Origin: a virus | Taxonomy: Duplodnaviria; Caudoviricetes | Virus record (IMG/VR): IMGVR_UViG_3300026848_000008 | Location: 1 to 62,005 of that record | Strand: one strand, 5' to 3' | DNA length: 62,005 nucleotides | In this document: positions 20,835 to 30,012 of the stretch, one piece after another | How positions within the stretch are numbered: position 1 is the first letter of the stretch | How the letters are laid out: each line of letters starts with the position of its first letter | The notes under the pieces: generated by a model | What the model was told of the DNA's origin: nothing | The model's database searches: none | What the model saw: only the letters and a program-made list of their open reading frames with translations | Translations under genes and position numbers: made by a program

Positions 20835-22025
20835 TTAGACGACGTTCCAGTTCTTGATGAGGGTGTGGACCTTGCTCTGGGTCAGCTCCAGACCGCACTC
20901 GGTCTGGTAAGCGTGCTTCGAGATGTCCTCACCGGGCGTCTCGATGTTTTCGAGCAGCTTGGTATCCCGGTTCTCCATGTAGCGATACTTGAGATACGGG
21001 AAGTCGATGATGACCATGGCGTTCGCCATGCCGGTCATCTGACGGAACTGCGGGTGCAGGTGGACCATGAGGTCGCCCGCAAACGTCTTGTAGTTCGTCA
21101 GGTTGACGCCGTAGGCACCCTGCACGCTTTCCGGCGACCAGCGGGCCTTGGCAATCTTCTGGAGATTGGCGGCCACGGTGGCACCGCAGAAGGCGATCTT
21201 CTGCGAGGAGCCGTAGGCGAAGACATCACCGATGAGGGCCGCATCGAACTCGGCCTCGGTCATCGTGCCGGCCACGGCGGTATCCGTGGTCACGTCGATG
21301 ACGTTGGTCATTTCGTTGATGAGGCCGCCCGTGGTGCGGGTCGGCTGCGCGGTCGTGCCATTGATTTCGGACTTGCGACCGAAGAACATGGCGCGCTCGA
21401 TGTCCTGCATGTGCAGCTTGAGCGCCTTGGTCATGGCCTCCTGCATCTTGTCGCCAGTGCGCAGATAGGTTTCCTTCTGGGTTCCGGTGACGGAGAAGGT
21501 CGTCTTGAAAATCTGCGTGTAGTTGCTGGCAACTTCCGCGTCGAAGGACAGGGCGGTCGGCACGTTCGAGCCTTCCGAAGCGGCGTAGCCGATGACGTAG
21601 AGTTCGTCAGCGTCGTTGATAGCCGCGCCGGTGGCCTGACCGACAGCGCGCGTCACCGCGAGCGTGACGCCCGTGGTATCGGCGGTCACACGAAACACTT
21701 CGCCAGTGCGCAGGTTGGTCACGAGGGAACCAGCGACAGCGTAGATGTTCATGTTGGACGCCGTGAGCGTGATGTTGGCGGCAGTGCCAGTGGCCGGAGT
21801 GCCAGCGATGGCACCCGAGACAATCAGCTTCCGGTCCGGCAGTTCGTCGCGGAAGTTCTTGTATTCGGGGTCGTCGGTGGACTCGGACGAGGTCATCGAC
21901 AGGAGCGCGTTGAGAGGCGCATTGCCGTTGGGTTCGAGCAGGGTGAACAGTTCGCGGTAGTTCTTCGGACGGAAGTCGGTATCGAACTCGCCGGTGCCGC
22001 GAAGGCCAAGAACAGCAGTGGACAT
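20835..22025 (-). CDS. Major capsid protein
   Basis: 396 aa after scaffold; SNYTQIFKT, LHMQDIERAMFFG, RTTGGL and TECGLE motifs seen in SU10/DUF5309-like capsids. Confidence 0.85.
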   Translation of the reverse strand: MSTAVLGLRGTGEFDTDFRPKNYRELFTLLEPNGNAPLNALLSMTSSESTDDPEYKNFRDELPDRKLIVSGAIAGTPATGTAANITLTASNMNIYAVAGSLVTNLRTGEVFRVTADTTGVTLAVTRAVGQATGAAINDADELYVIGYAASEGSNVPTALSFDAEVASNYTQIFKTTFSVTGTQKETYLRTGDKMQEAMTKALKLHMQDIERAMFFGRKSEINGTTAQPTRTTGGLINEMTNVIDVTTDTAVAGTMTEAEFDAALIGDVFAYGSSQKIAFCGATVAANLQKIAKARWSPESVQGAYGVNLTNYKTFAGDLMVHLHPQFRQMTGMANAMVIIDFPYLKYRYMENRDTKLLENIETPGEDISKHAYQTECGLELTQSKVHTLIKNWNVV

Positions 22026-22240
22026 TTGGTGTCTCCAAAGGACGGTGCGCGCAGAGGCGCAAAGGGAAAAGGGTTTGTTTTCCGCGTCTTAGGGGAGATT
22101 GCCGTCCCTAAATCTGACACTTGAAGCGTTGTCGCAGCGGCTTTTGGCGGCCCGTCTTGCTTCCGAGTGGGATGTATAAGGGGAGATCGAGGGCGCTATC
22201 GTCCCTCTTTGTTCTCTTTTTTGTTCTTTTTTTGGAGGTG

Positions 22241-22280
22241 GGTGAACCACCACCACCCGGCGGGTGGTGGTGGCTGTGGT
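22241..22280 (-). repeat. 40-bp palindromic element after scaffold stop
   Basis: CCACCACCACCCG-N-CGGGTGGTGGTGG hairpin core. Confidence 0.9.
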
Positions 22281-22281
22281 C

Positions 22282-23292
22282 TTAGCGCTGGCGCTTCGCG
22301 AGAGCCGTCTTGGTCAGAGCGTCGAAGGCGGCATTGCCGGTGCCCTCGACGGGCGGAGTCCCGGCGGCGCTGGGCGTGCCACCCATGGCTCCGCCGGTCC
22401 ACGCTTGGCGGCGCTTGTTGATCTGCGCAAGACGCTCGAACTCGGGCGAGTTCATGTTGTTCTTGTAGTCGCGCATGACCGCAAGGGTGAGCGAGGGGTC
22501 CACGAAGTCTTCGAGGGAGTAGCCACGCTCGGCGGCGAAGGTCATGAAGTTCTCGGCTTCGCTGTCGGGAAGCTGGAGAGCCGACTGCGCACGATCCACG
22601 TTGTTGGCGATGGAGCGCTGGATCGAGGCGATCTGGTTCTGGCGCGCATCCGTCTGGCCAGCGCGGGCGGCGTCGGCGACGCCCTGCGAAGACGCGAGGA
22701 CTTGACCGAGCATCTGCTTGAGTTGCGCGATCTCGTTCATGACGCCGTTGTTGCCCTGCATCATCTCGCGGTAGCCCGGCGGCAGCGTGGCCGAGTTGTC
22801 CTCCTCCCACTTGGCGAAGGGGTCCACGTCGGGCGGCTGCTGCTGGTTCTGCTGGGGCTGCTGGGGCTGGCCCATGGTCGGGCTTTTCTCGCCAGCCTTC
22901 ATCATGCTCATCATGAATTGGGCGACGTGCTCGGGCTTCGCGTTGGGATTGTTCTTGAGCATCGCATCGACGATGTCCAAGACGGGCTTCATCTGCGCGT
23001 GCTTGTAGTTGAGCGAGCTGTAGCGGTCGGTCATCCCCTTGATCTGTTCGGGGGTCAGCTTGCGCTTCTTGCCGTCGCCCATCTCGATTTCGTAGATGAC
23101 CGGATCGGCGGTCATCTTGGCGGCCTCGTCGTTGGGCGAGCCAGCTTCGATTGCCTTGTCCGTCGGGGTGTCTTTTTCGGCGGGGGCCGCCGGGGCCACA
23201 GGGGCTTGCGGAGCGGCGGGGGCGGGGGCTTGGGGTTCAACGCCCATCACCTTCGAGGCGATGGCGTCCACCATGGACTGGTCGTTGGGCAT
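22282..23292 (-). CDS. Capsid scaffolding protein
   Basis: Pro/Ala/Gln-rich, acidic, coiled-coil; directly upstream of the capsid gene. Confidence 0.7.
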   Translation of the reverse strand: MPNDQSMVDAIASKVMGVEPQAPAPAAPQAPVAPAAPAEKDTPTDKAIEAGSPNDEAAKMTADPVIYEIEMGDGKKRKLTPEQIKGMTDRYSSLNYKHAQMKPVLDIVDAMLKNNPNAKPEHVAQFMMSMMKAGEKSPTMGQPQQPQQNQQQPPDVDPFAKWEEDNSATLPPGYREMMQGNNGVMNEIAQLKQMLGQVLASSQGVADAARAGQTDARQNQIASIQRSIANNVDRAQSALQLPDSEAENFMTFAAERGYSLEDFVDPSLTLAVMRDYKNNMNSPEFERLAQINKRRQAWTGGAMGGTPSAAGTPPVEGTGNAAFDALTKTALAKRQR

Positions 23293-23294
23293 TT

Positions 23295-23600
23295 CTATTC
23301 ACTCCCTTCCCCGGCCTTGGCGGGGGTTGGCTTGAGGGCCTCCTTGGATGCCGCGATGAGGATGTCTCCTTCGAGACGAGCCAGCATCAACTCCGGCATG
23401 TTCAGGAGTTGTTGAGCGGCCCAGATTGCGCCGCGTCGGAAGTTCACTTCGTCGAGGTCCATCTTCCGGTTCTCTGCGATCTGGGAGGCCGCGAGGACCA
23501 TCTCGTTCCGCATGGTTTCGGTGAGGATGGCCCATCCGCGCGAGGTGGTGAGCTTCTCGATTTCGCGTTTTTGGGCCGTGAGCTTGGCGCTGTCGTCCAT
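23295..23600 (-). CDS. Small head-assembly-region protein
   Basis: LTTSRGWAIL...FRRGAIWAA pattern typical of small genes preceding podovirus scaffolds; start chosen at MDDSAK. Confidence 0.55.
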   Translation of the reverse strand: MDDSAKLTAQKREIEKLTTSRGWAILTETMRNEMVLAASQIAENRKMDLDEVNFRRGAIWAAQQLLNMPELMLARLEGDILIAASKEALKPTPAKAGEGSE

Positions 23601-23614
23601 GTGGTGGAGTTTTC

Positions 23615-23848
23615 TTAGTTGATGGGCGGGGTGAAGTGCGTGGAAAACCAGTTGACGATGTGGGAGAAGGCCGCGCCGATCCCGGCGAAAGCGCCGCCGA
23701 TGAGGAGCAGGATGCGCCACCCGCCCTTGGCCTCGGAGAGCGTCTTGGAGATGGTATGCGTCTCGGATTTGAGGCTGGATACGGCTTCGGCCAAGGCTTC
23801 GACCTTGGCTTCGAGTTGTCCGATGGTGCGAGCGATTTCAGGGTCCAT
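23615..23848 (-). CDS. Small coiled-coil + single-TM protein (holin/XhlA-like)
   Basis: Coiled-coil N-terminus then KGGWRILLLIGGAFAGIGAAF hydrophobic segment. Confidence 0.5.
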   Translation of the reverse strand: MDPEIARTIGQLEAKVEALAEAVSSLKSETHTISKTLSEAKGGWRILLLIGGAFAGIGAAFSHIVNWFSTHFTPPIN

Positions 23849-23965
23849 GAGGGCGTTCTTCTTGGGGGAGGGCAGGGGCACGATGATCTTGCTGGGTTAG
23901 CGTTTTGTTCCTGTTGGCGTCGTCCCCCTCCACCCGCCGGGTGGAGGCTGTGGAGGCTGTGGAGG

Positions 23966-24376
23966 CTAGGCTTCGACCTCGGCGTTGAAGGTGATCGTCG
24001 CGGATGCGAGGATGGTGGCGGTGCCGGTTCGGCGGATTTGGACGGTGATCTGCGTGGTCTGGGGTCCGAAGGAGGAGTTCGTGAGGCTCCAGACGCGCGA
24101 GGTTCCGAGGTTGAGCCACGAGCCAGTGGTGCCGGTGGTGAGGGAGCCGGAGTCGAGGGTGGCGAAGACTTCGTAGTTGGAGGCGTTCACGCCGGGCACG
24201 AGCCAGTCGCCGAGGCCGGTGACGACGCCGTTGATCTCGCGCTGGATGGTCCCGTCGTTGTTGAGGTAATAGACGGTGCTCGCCGTGGCCGGAGAGGCCA
24301 CGACGCTGGTGATGGTCTGGTTCGAGAGGGAGAGCGTGTCCCCGGCGGAGCCGAGGAGCATCTGCATCATGGCCAT
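23966..24376 (-). CDS. Fibre-tip/partner protein
   Basis: TGATG-coupled to the fibre gene; Thr/Ser-rich beta protein starting MAMMQMLLGS. Confidence 0.6.
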   Translation of the reverse strand: MAMMQMLLGSAGDTLSLSNQTITSVVASPATASTVYYLNNDGTIQREINGVVTGLGDWLVPGVNASNYEVFATLDSGSLTTGTTGSWLNLGTSRVWSLTNSSFGPQTTQITVQIRRTGTATILASATITFNAEVEA

Positions 24377-27300
24377 CAGGAAACTCCCGCGCCCGAGATG
24401 ATCGCCTCGTTGGAAGCGTTGAACCAGATGGTGGCCATGCCGCGCGGGGCCAGCGTGCGGCTGCCGGTGGTGGTCGTCCCGGCGAGGCGCAGGGTGAGGG
24501 ACGCGCCCTGCGTGATCGTGATGGAGGACGCGCTGTTGTTGTAGATGGAGACGGCGTCGCCAGCGGCGAAGACGGCGTTGGGCACGGTGATGCCGCCGGT
24601 GGCGGGCAGGCAGTATCCGACGTGGCTGGCGGTGAGGGTGCCGGAGACGGTGCCGGACTTGGGGATTTTGCGGTAGCCCACTTCGATCCCGCCCTCGACC
24701 GTGGCCGTCCCGGCCACGTCGAGGTCTGCGGAGCCATGGAGGGTGGTGTCCGAGGTGCCGTAGCCCACGCGGATGGAGGCGGCCACGGTGAGTTGGCCGC
24801 TCATGTTGAGGGCCATGACGCCTTGGGCAGTGGTGTGCGTGCTCGCACCCCACCAGAAGCCACGGGCAGCGCCCGTGTTGTTCTGGAAGGTGATCGCGTA
24901 GTCGCCGTTGAGGGAGCCGAAGGTCCACCCCGTTTCCATGCCGACACCGTAGGTATCACCGGCCCAGAGCCGGAGCTTGGTGCGCCCGGCGACGGAGGTC
25001 ATCTTGATGACGCCGCTGGTCTGGATATTGCCGGTCACGTCGAGCGGCTCGGTCGGCACGTCCTTGGCGATACCGACATAGCCAGAGGGCAGGATGGTGA
25101 GGCGGCGGGCATTGTTCGTGACGAGCGACAGGTTGGCAGCGATGGAGGTGCCGACCCACATCTGGTTCGGATCGCTGGCGACGGTGGTGCCGCGCCACTG
25201 GACCATGCCCGTGTTGCCGCTGACTTCTTGGAGGATGAGTTCCGAGCGGCGCGCGGTATTGAGGGTGTTGATGAACACGTCGGCATGGCCGCCGTTGAGC
25301 ACTTCGAGGAGCGCGTCGGGCGCGCTGGTGCCGATGCCCACGCGGCCAGTGGACATCACGGAGAGGCGCTCGAAGCCGTTGGCCCAGAAGCCGATGGAGT
25401 TCGCGCCGAGGGCCGCGACGCGCATCTGGCTGGACGCGAACTGGATCATGCCGGAGGCGGTGTCGTTGAGGTAGATGCGGCTGTCCGCGCCGTTGGCAAC
25501 GAGGGCGTCGCCCGCGACGTGGAGCTTCTGGGTGGGCACGGAGGCATTGATGCCCACGTTGCCCGCGCTGTCGATGAAGAGACGCCCGGTGTTGGAGGTG
25601 CGCAAGACGAGCTTGTCGCCGTCCGAGCCGATGCCGACATCATAGTTGCCGCCGGTCGCGGCGCTGTCCTTGAAGGCCAGTTGGGACTTGGTCCCGGTGC
25701 CCTCGAAGAGGGCGTGGGTCCAAGACGAGGAGACCGTGTGGATCGGGTTGGTCGGGACGATGTGGCCGATGGCGAGGCCATCGTTGTTCCAGAGGCCCTT
25801 GTTGGTTCCGGCGCGGTTGAAGATCAGCGCGTCGTTGGCTCGCAGGACCATGGCGTCGGAGGCGTGGTCGTATTGAACACGGCCCACCGTCGAGTTCTCC
25901 GGGTCGCCGAAGGCAACCATGGCGGATTGCGTGTTGTTCGCGGTGAGGATCGAGATACCGACAGAGCCGTCGCTCTCGACCACAAGGTTCCCGGTGAAGC
26001 CTGCGGCGCTGAAACCTGCCCCGCCGCCCTCGGTGAAGGTGGAGAAGCCTTGGACGTTCAGGCCGGAGCCGACCGACAGGCTGCCCGTCAGCGAGCCGCC
26101 GGTCAGCGGCAGGTAGTCGTGAGTGTGCCCGGTGAGTTCGACAGGGGTTCCGTTGACTCTCGGGACCATGTTGAAGGAGATGTGTCGCCCGCCTTCGGCG
26201 TTCAGGGCGACGCTGCTTCCGTCCCCGTAGCCGATATAGCCAGCGCGGGTTCCCGTGGCGTCGTGGAAGCCGACGTATCCGGTGTTGGTGACGGTGCCCG
26301 AGACGAGCCGGACGGAGCCGGTGGAGCCACTGGTGCTGACTTCGATGTTGCCCGTGACGGTGCCGCCGGTAAGCGAGAGCTTGCCGTCGATATTGGTCTG
26401 GAGCGTGTCGAGGCTGGTCTGGAGGCCAGTGGTGTCGGCGATGGCGTGGGTATGGCCTTGCAGGGAGATGGGGTCTCCATCCCAGCGCAGGGTGCCCGCG
26501 ACGTTGTCGAGCGCCTTGGCGTTGCTGTCGGCGACCGGGTTGAGGCCGCCGGTGTGGATGAAGATATTTCCGGTGCGCATGAAGCCATTGACTTGCAGCG
26601 CGGCGTTGCTGGTGGTGATCGAGCCGTTGATGTAGAGCTGACCCGAGCTGTTGAGGGTCATCTTGGAGTTGCCGCCGATCTTGAAGTCGAGGTCGGCGGC
26701 GTTGATGGCGAGGCTCTGGTAGGTGCTGCCGTCGTGGCCCTTGAGGTCGCCGGAGAGCACGATGTCGCCCGCGACATCGAGGAGTCCGAAGGGGGCCGTC
26801 TTGCCGATGGACACGCCGAGGTGCGAGATGCGCATACGCTCGACAGGCTGCGCCGCAGGCGCGCTGGTGCCGAAGGTGAGGGCGTGCTCCTTGGCTGCGC
26901 CGGACTGGATGTTAAGGCCGCCGATGTAGCCGGAGCGGGTCAGGGTGTCGCTGGCCGACAGGTAGATGCGGGCCTCGTCGCCATTGGCGGTGCCAGTGGT
27001 GGAGAAGAGCGCGAGGTCTTGCGGGCCAGCGTTGGGGTCGCGGACCGTCAGGAGCGGGAGTGCGCTGGTCGCCTCGATGGTCAGCGGGCCAGTGAAGGAG
27101 GGGGTGGCCGGGTCGGCGGGGACGTAGCCGAGGACGCCCGTCAGGTCGCCGAGGGTGAGCGTGACGCTGCCGGTGCGCCCGTTGAAGGAGGACACGCCGG
27201 AGGCGGAGAGGTCCACGACGGGCGAGAAGAAGGTGCCGTTGGGGATCGCGCCAGCGGAGGTGTGCGCCGTGTTGCAGAGGTAGATCGTGTCGTTGTAGCT

Positions 27301-27627
27301 GACGAGATCGAGCCGCAGGTAGTCGGTCGCGGCGGCGTGCTCGCCGCGCGTGTTGAAGAAGGAGGCGTTCTCGACGGCGAACCACCCGTCTTCGGGGTCG
27401 AGGTAGTCACCGATGCGCTGCTGGAGCGTGTTGTCCGTGGGATCGAGGCGGAGACTCCAGAGATCGGCGCGGAGCGCCCCGGTCGAGGAGTCCCAGAGGT
27501 CTTGGATCATGTCGCCGAGCGTGCGGCTGCCCTGCTCAACGTTCTCCATGTAGGCGTCGAGGATGTGCTCGCCGGTCTTGGCCGACAGGAAGCGGAGTTG
27601 CTCCCCGGTGGGGCGCGTCTGGGCCAT
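24376..27627 (-). CDS. Tail fibre / receptor-binding protein
   Basis: VSSFNGRTGSVTL, KLSLTGGTVTG, YLPLTGGSLTG and five (V/L)GIG..P...L(D/H)V repeats. Confidence 0.85.
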   Translation of the reverse strand: MAQTRPTGEQLRFLSAKTGEHILDAYMENVEQGSRTLGDMIQDLWDSSTGALRADLWSLRLDPTDNTLQQRIGDYLDPEDGWFAVENASFFNTRGEHAAATDYLRLDLVSYNDTIYLCNTAHTSAGAIPNGTFFSPVVDLSASGVSSFNGRTGSVTLTLGDLTGVLGYVPADPATPSFTGPLTIEATSALPLLTVRDPNAGPQDLALFSTTGTANGDEARIYLSASDTLTRSGYIGGLNIQSGAAKEHALTFGTSAPAAQPVERMRISHLGVSIGKTAPFGLLDVAGDIVLSGDLKGHDGSTYQSLAINAADLDFKIGGNSKMTLNSSGQLYINGSITTSNAALQVNGFMRTGNIFIHTGGLNPVADSNAKALDNVAGTLRWDGDPISLQGHTHAIADTTGLQTSLDTLQTNIDGKLSLTGGTVTGNIEVSTSGSTGSVRLVSGTVTNTGYVGFHDATGTRAGYIGYGDGSSVALNAEGGRHISFNMVPRVNGTPVELTGHTHDYLPLTGGSLTGSLSVGSGLNVQGFSTFTEGGGAGFSAAGFTGNLVVESDGSVGISILTANNTQSAMVAFGDPENSTVGRVQYDHASDAMVLRANDALIFNRAGTNKGLWNNDGLAIGHIVPTNPIHTVSSSWTHALFEGTGTKSQLAFKDSAATGGNYDVGIGSDGDKLVLRTSNTGRLFIDSAGNVGINASVPTQKLHVAGDALVANGADSRIYLNDTASGMIQFASSQMRVAALGANSIGFWANGFERLSVMSTGRVGIGTSAPDALLEVLNGGHADVFINTLNTARRSELILQEVSGNTGMVQWRGTTVASDPNQMWVGTSIAANLSLVTNNARRLTILPSGYVGIAKDVPTEPLDVTGNIQTSGVIKMTSVAGRTKLRLWAGDTYGVGMETGWTFGSLNGDYAITFQNNTGAARGFWWGASTHTTAQGVMALNMSGQLTVAASIRVGYGTSDTTLHGSADLDVAGTATVEGGIEVGYRKIPKSGTVSGTLTASHVGYCLPATGGITVPNAVFAAGDAVSIYNNSASSITITQGASLTLRLAGTTTTGSRTLAPRGMATIWFNASNEAIISGAGVS

Positions 27628-27628
27628 C

Positions 27629-28036
27629 TTACTTGGCTCCGATCTTGGTCTGGACGGACAAGGCCTTGGCGATCTTGGCTTGGGTCACTTCTTCGCGGGT
27701 CCGGCGGCGCAGGTCTTCGATGGCGACAGCGTTTTCGCTGTGGTTGTGGGCGATCTGGGCGTCGATGCGGGCCAGATGGGCCATGATCGCGTCCATTTCG
27801 TCGCGGATGGGGGCCAGCAGGCGGTTCATGACGGGCATGAGGGCGGCTTCGACCTTCTCGGCGGCCAGCATGGTCGCGTCTTGGGCGAGCTTGTCGCGGA
27901 TTTTGGCGGTGTCGGAGGCGCCCATGGCGTCGATGCGCGTCTCGGCGTTGCCGAGCGCGCTCTGGAGGGCTTGGAGGCGGACGTTGATGTTGGTGATCTG
28001 CTCCGCCATGCGTTTCTGGAAGTGGTCTTCGCGCAT
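27629..28036 (-). CDS. Hypothetical coiled-coil protein
   Basis: TGATG-coupled to portal stop; start at MREDHF. Confidence 0.6.
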   Translation of the reverse strand: MREDHFQKRMAEQITNINVRLQALQSALGNAETRIDAMGASDTAKIRDKLAQDATMLAAEKVEAALMPVMNRLLAPIRDEMDAIMAHLARIDAQIAHNHSENAVAIEDLRRRTREEVTQAKIAKALSVQTKIGAK

Positions 28037-29976
28037 CAGCGGCCTCCGTTCTGCATTTGCTGGCGGGCAGGAACCAGATTGCCCTTCTGGACCTCGTTCT
28101 GGAGTTGTTCTTGGGGCATGACGGACGCGCCTCGGGCCTTCTCCATGAGCGCGAACTGCTGCGAGGGCGACATGCCCTGCTGGCGCTCCTCGGGAGAGAT
28201 GCGGAAGCGGTCGAGATCGGCCACGCCGAGGGCGCGGATGCCTTCTTCGGCGATCTTGCCCACCTTGTATTCCATGTTGAGGCCGGTCTGGGACATGATC
28301 TGGAGCATGTTCATCCACGTCTCGGCGTTCCGCGTGGGTTCGATGGGGAGCGTGCCGTCGATGACGAGGTAATCGACTTCGCCTTGCAGGTCTTTGGAGA
28401 CATCGAAGTCGATGTAGCCGTCATCGACGAGGTCGGAGAGCTGGCTCGGCATGGTGTCCGGGTCGATCTTGACGGAGCCGGAGTAGGCGAGGGCGTCTTG
28501 GATGTTGCCGATCATCATGTTGACGAGCGGGCGCATGGTCGTGGCCGAGATGATGCGGGAGAGCACGCCGAGGCGCTGGCTGCCGAGCTGGGTGAGGCGC
28601 TGGATTTCGGTGGCGGTGCGGATACCGTCGGCGGTCGGCATACCCTGCTGCGCGTCCGAGGCGGCAGAGACGCGCTGCTTGAGTTCGGACATCGCTTGGA
28701 TGTCGTTCCAGTGGCCACGGGTCACGTCGGGGATTTGCGAGATGAAGACGCCGTCGCCCGGCTTGGAGCCGGGCAGGGTGCGCACGACGCCCCACGGGTT
28801 GCGGTCGATGAGGTCGCTGATGGCGACCTGCGTCGGGTCCGCGAAGATGAGGTTGTTGAGGGACGCTTGGACGTTGTCGATGCGCGAGCGCAGGAGCCAA
28901 GTGGCGATGTCGTGCATCGGCAGGAGGATGTCGTAGAGCGACTGGCTGTAGGTCTTGTGGCTGTCGTTGTGGAGGCCGCCGATCACGGTGGGAAACTGCT
29001 GGCCATAGGGGTTGAGCTGGAGGCGGATCACCACGGATTCGTCGAGGATGGTGATGACGAGCCAGATCATGTCGATCTGGGGGATGCCGATCTCGTAGCC
29101 CGCGAGGCGCACCCAAGACTCGTCGATGACGCGGTTGTCGCCGAGGGAGAAATGGCTCTGACCGCCAGTGGGGCGGGTGTTCGTGGAGGCCGGGTCGATG
29201 GAGAGACCTCGGCCTTCCTCCTTGTAGTGGCGGTGTCCGGCCCAGCCATTGACGGGCGCGCTCTGGCGCATCGCGAGGGCCGGGAAGTGCTTGAGCTTGG
29301 GATACATGCCCGAGGCCGCGATGGAGGAGTAGGGCAGGAAGTCGGAGAAGATGATGAAGTTCATGTTCTCCCAATCGCCCCAAGTGACGCGTGGGTCGGG
29401 GAAGGCGCGGCGCGGGTCGAAGTTGACGATCTTGTTCTGGTTGGCCTTGGCGTCCCAGATGCACTTGGTCGGCGCGAAGCCGTAGCGGATCGAGTCGAGC
29501 AGGAGTTGGGCGATGCGGGCCTCGGCCCCGGTGCGGCGCATCTGCATGTGCAGGACGCGCTCCAAGACGGGCGCGACCTTGCGCGACTTGCGGTTCATGC
29601 CTTCAAGCTGGAACATCGGATTGCGGCCCGTGAGGGCCGCCATCATGTAGGTGAGCACGGTGTCGGCGATGGCGCGGGTGTCGGCGATCACGGCCTTTTC
29701 GCGGAAGGCGGTGGCTTCGGGGGGAACCCACACGTCGTGGGCGCGGTCCGCTTCGAGCCAGTGGTCGTAGCGCCGCGAGATGCGGCTGTGCGACATGTCG
29801 TGGCACGCCTTGATGTAGGCCACGAGCTTCTGCTCTTCGTCTTCGGAGAGGAGGTGGGAGATGTCCTCGTAGTTGACGAGCTGGTCGGCAAAGCGCGAGA
29901 GGTCAACCACGACGGCATCGTGGTTGACGGTTTCAGCGGGGATCGAGCGGTAGCTGGTGGAGGAGACGGCGTTCAT
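28036..29976 (-). CDS. Portal protein
   Basis: 646 aa immediately after terL; DSIRYGFA and RTATEIQRL motifs of P22-like portals. Confidence 0.85.
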   Translation of the reverse strand: MNAVSSTSYRSIPAETVNHDAVVVDLSRFADQLVNYEDISHLLSEDEEQKLVAYIKACHDMSHSRISRRYDHWLEADRAHDVWVPPEATAFREKAVIADTRAIADTVLTYMMAALTGRNPMFQLEGMNRKSRKVAPVLERVLHMQMRRTGAEARIAQLLLDSIRYGFAPTKCIWDAKANQNKIVNFDPRRAFPDPRVTWGDWENMNFIIFSDFLPYSSIAASGMYPKLKHFPALAMRQSAPVNGWAGHRHYKEEGRGLSIDPASTNTRPTGGQSHFSLGDNRVIDESWVRLAGYEIGIPQIDMIWLVITILDESVVIRLQLNPYGQQFPTVIGGLHNDSHKTYSQSLYDILLPMHDIATWLLRSRIDNVQASLNNLIFADPTQVAISDLIDRNPWGVVRTLPGSKPGDGVFISQIPDVTRGHWNDIQAMSELKQRVSAASDAQQGMPTADGIRTATEIQRLTQLGSQRLGVLSRIISATTMRPLVNMMIGNIQDALAYSGSVKIDPDTMPSQLSDLVDDGYIDFDVSKDLQGEVDYLVIDGTLPIEPTRNAETWMNMLQIMSQTGLNMEYKVGKIAEEGIRALGVADLDRFRISPEERQQGMSPSQQFALMEKARGASVMPQEQLQNEVQKGNLVPARQQMQNGGR

Positions 29977-30012
29977 GCGCGAGTTGTGCCGTGCTTGGTG
30001 GGCGTGGTCGTC

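Noticed and set aside
22211-22226. GTTC..GTTC near the capsid promoter (and GAAC..GAAC at 43941-43956) as LexA boxes
   Set aside because: Spacer is 8 nt rather than 7, so not counted.
24376-27627. Diversity-generating retroelement or shufflon acting on the fibre
   Set aside because: No reverse transcriptase, no template/variable repeat pair and no inverted alternative C-termini seen.
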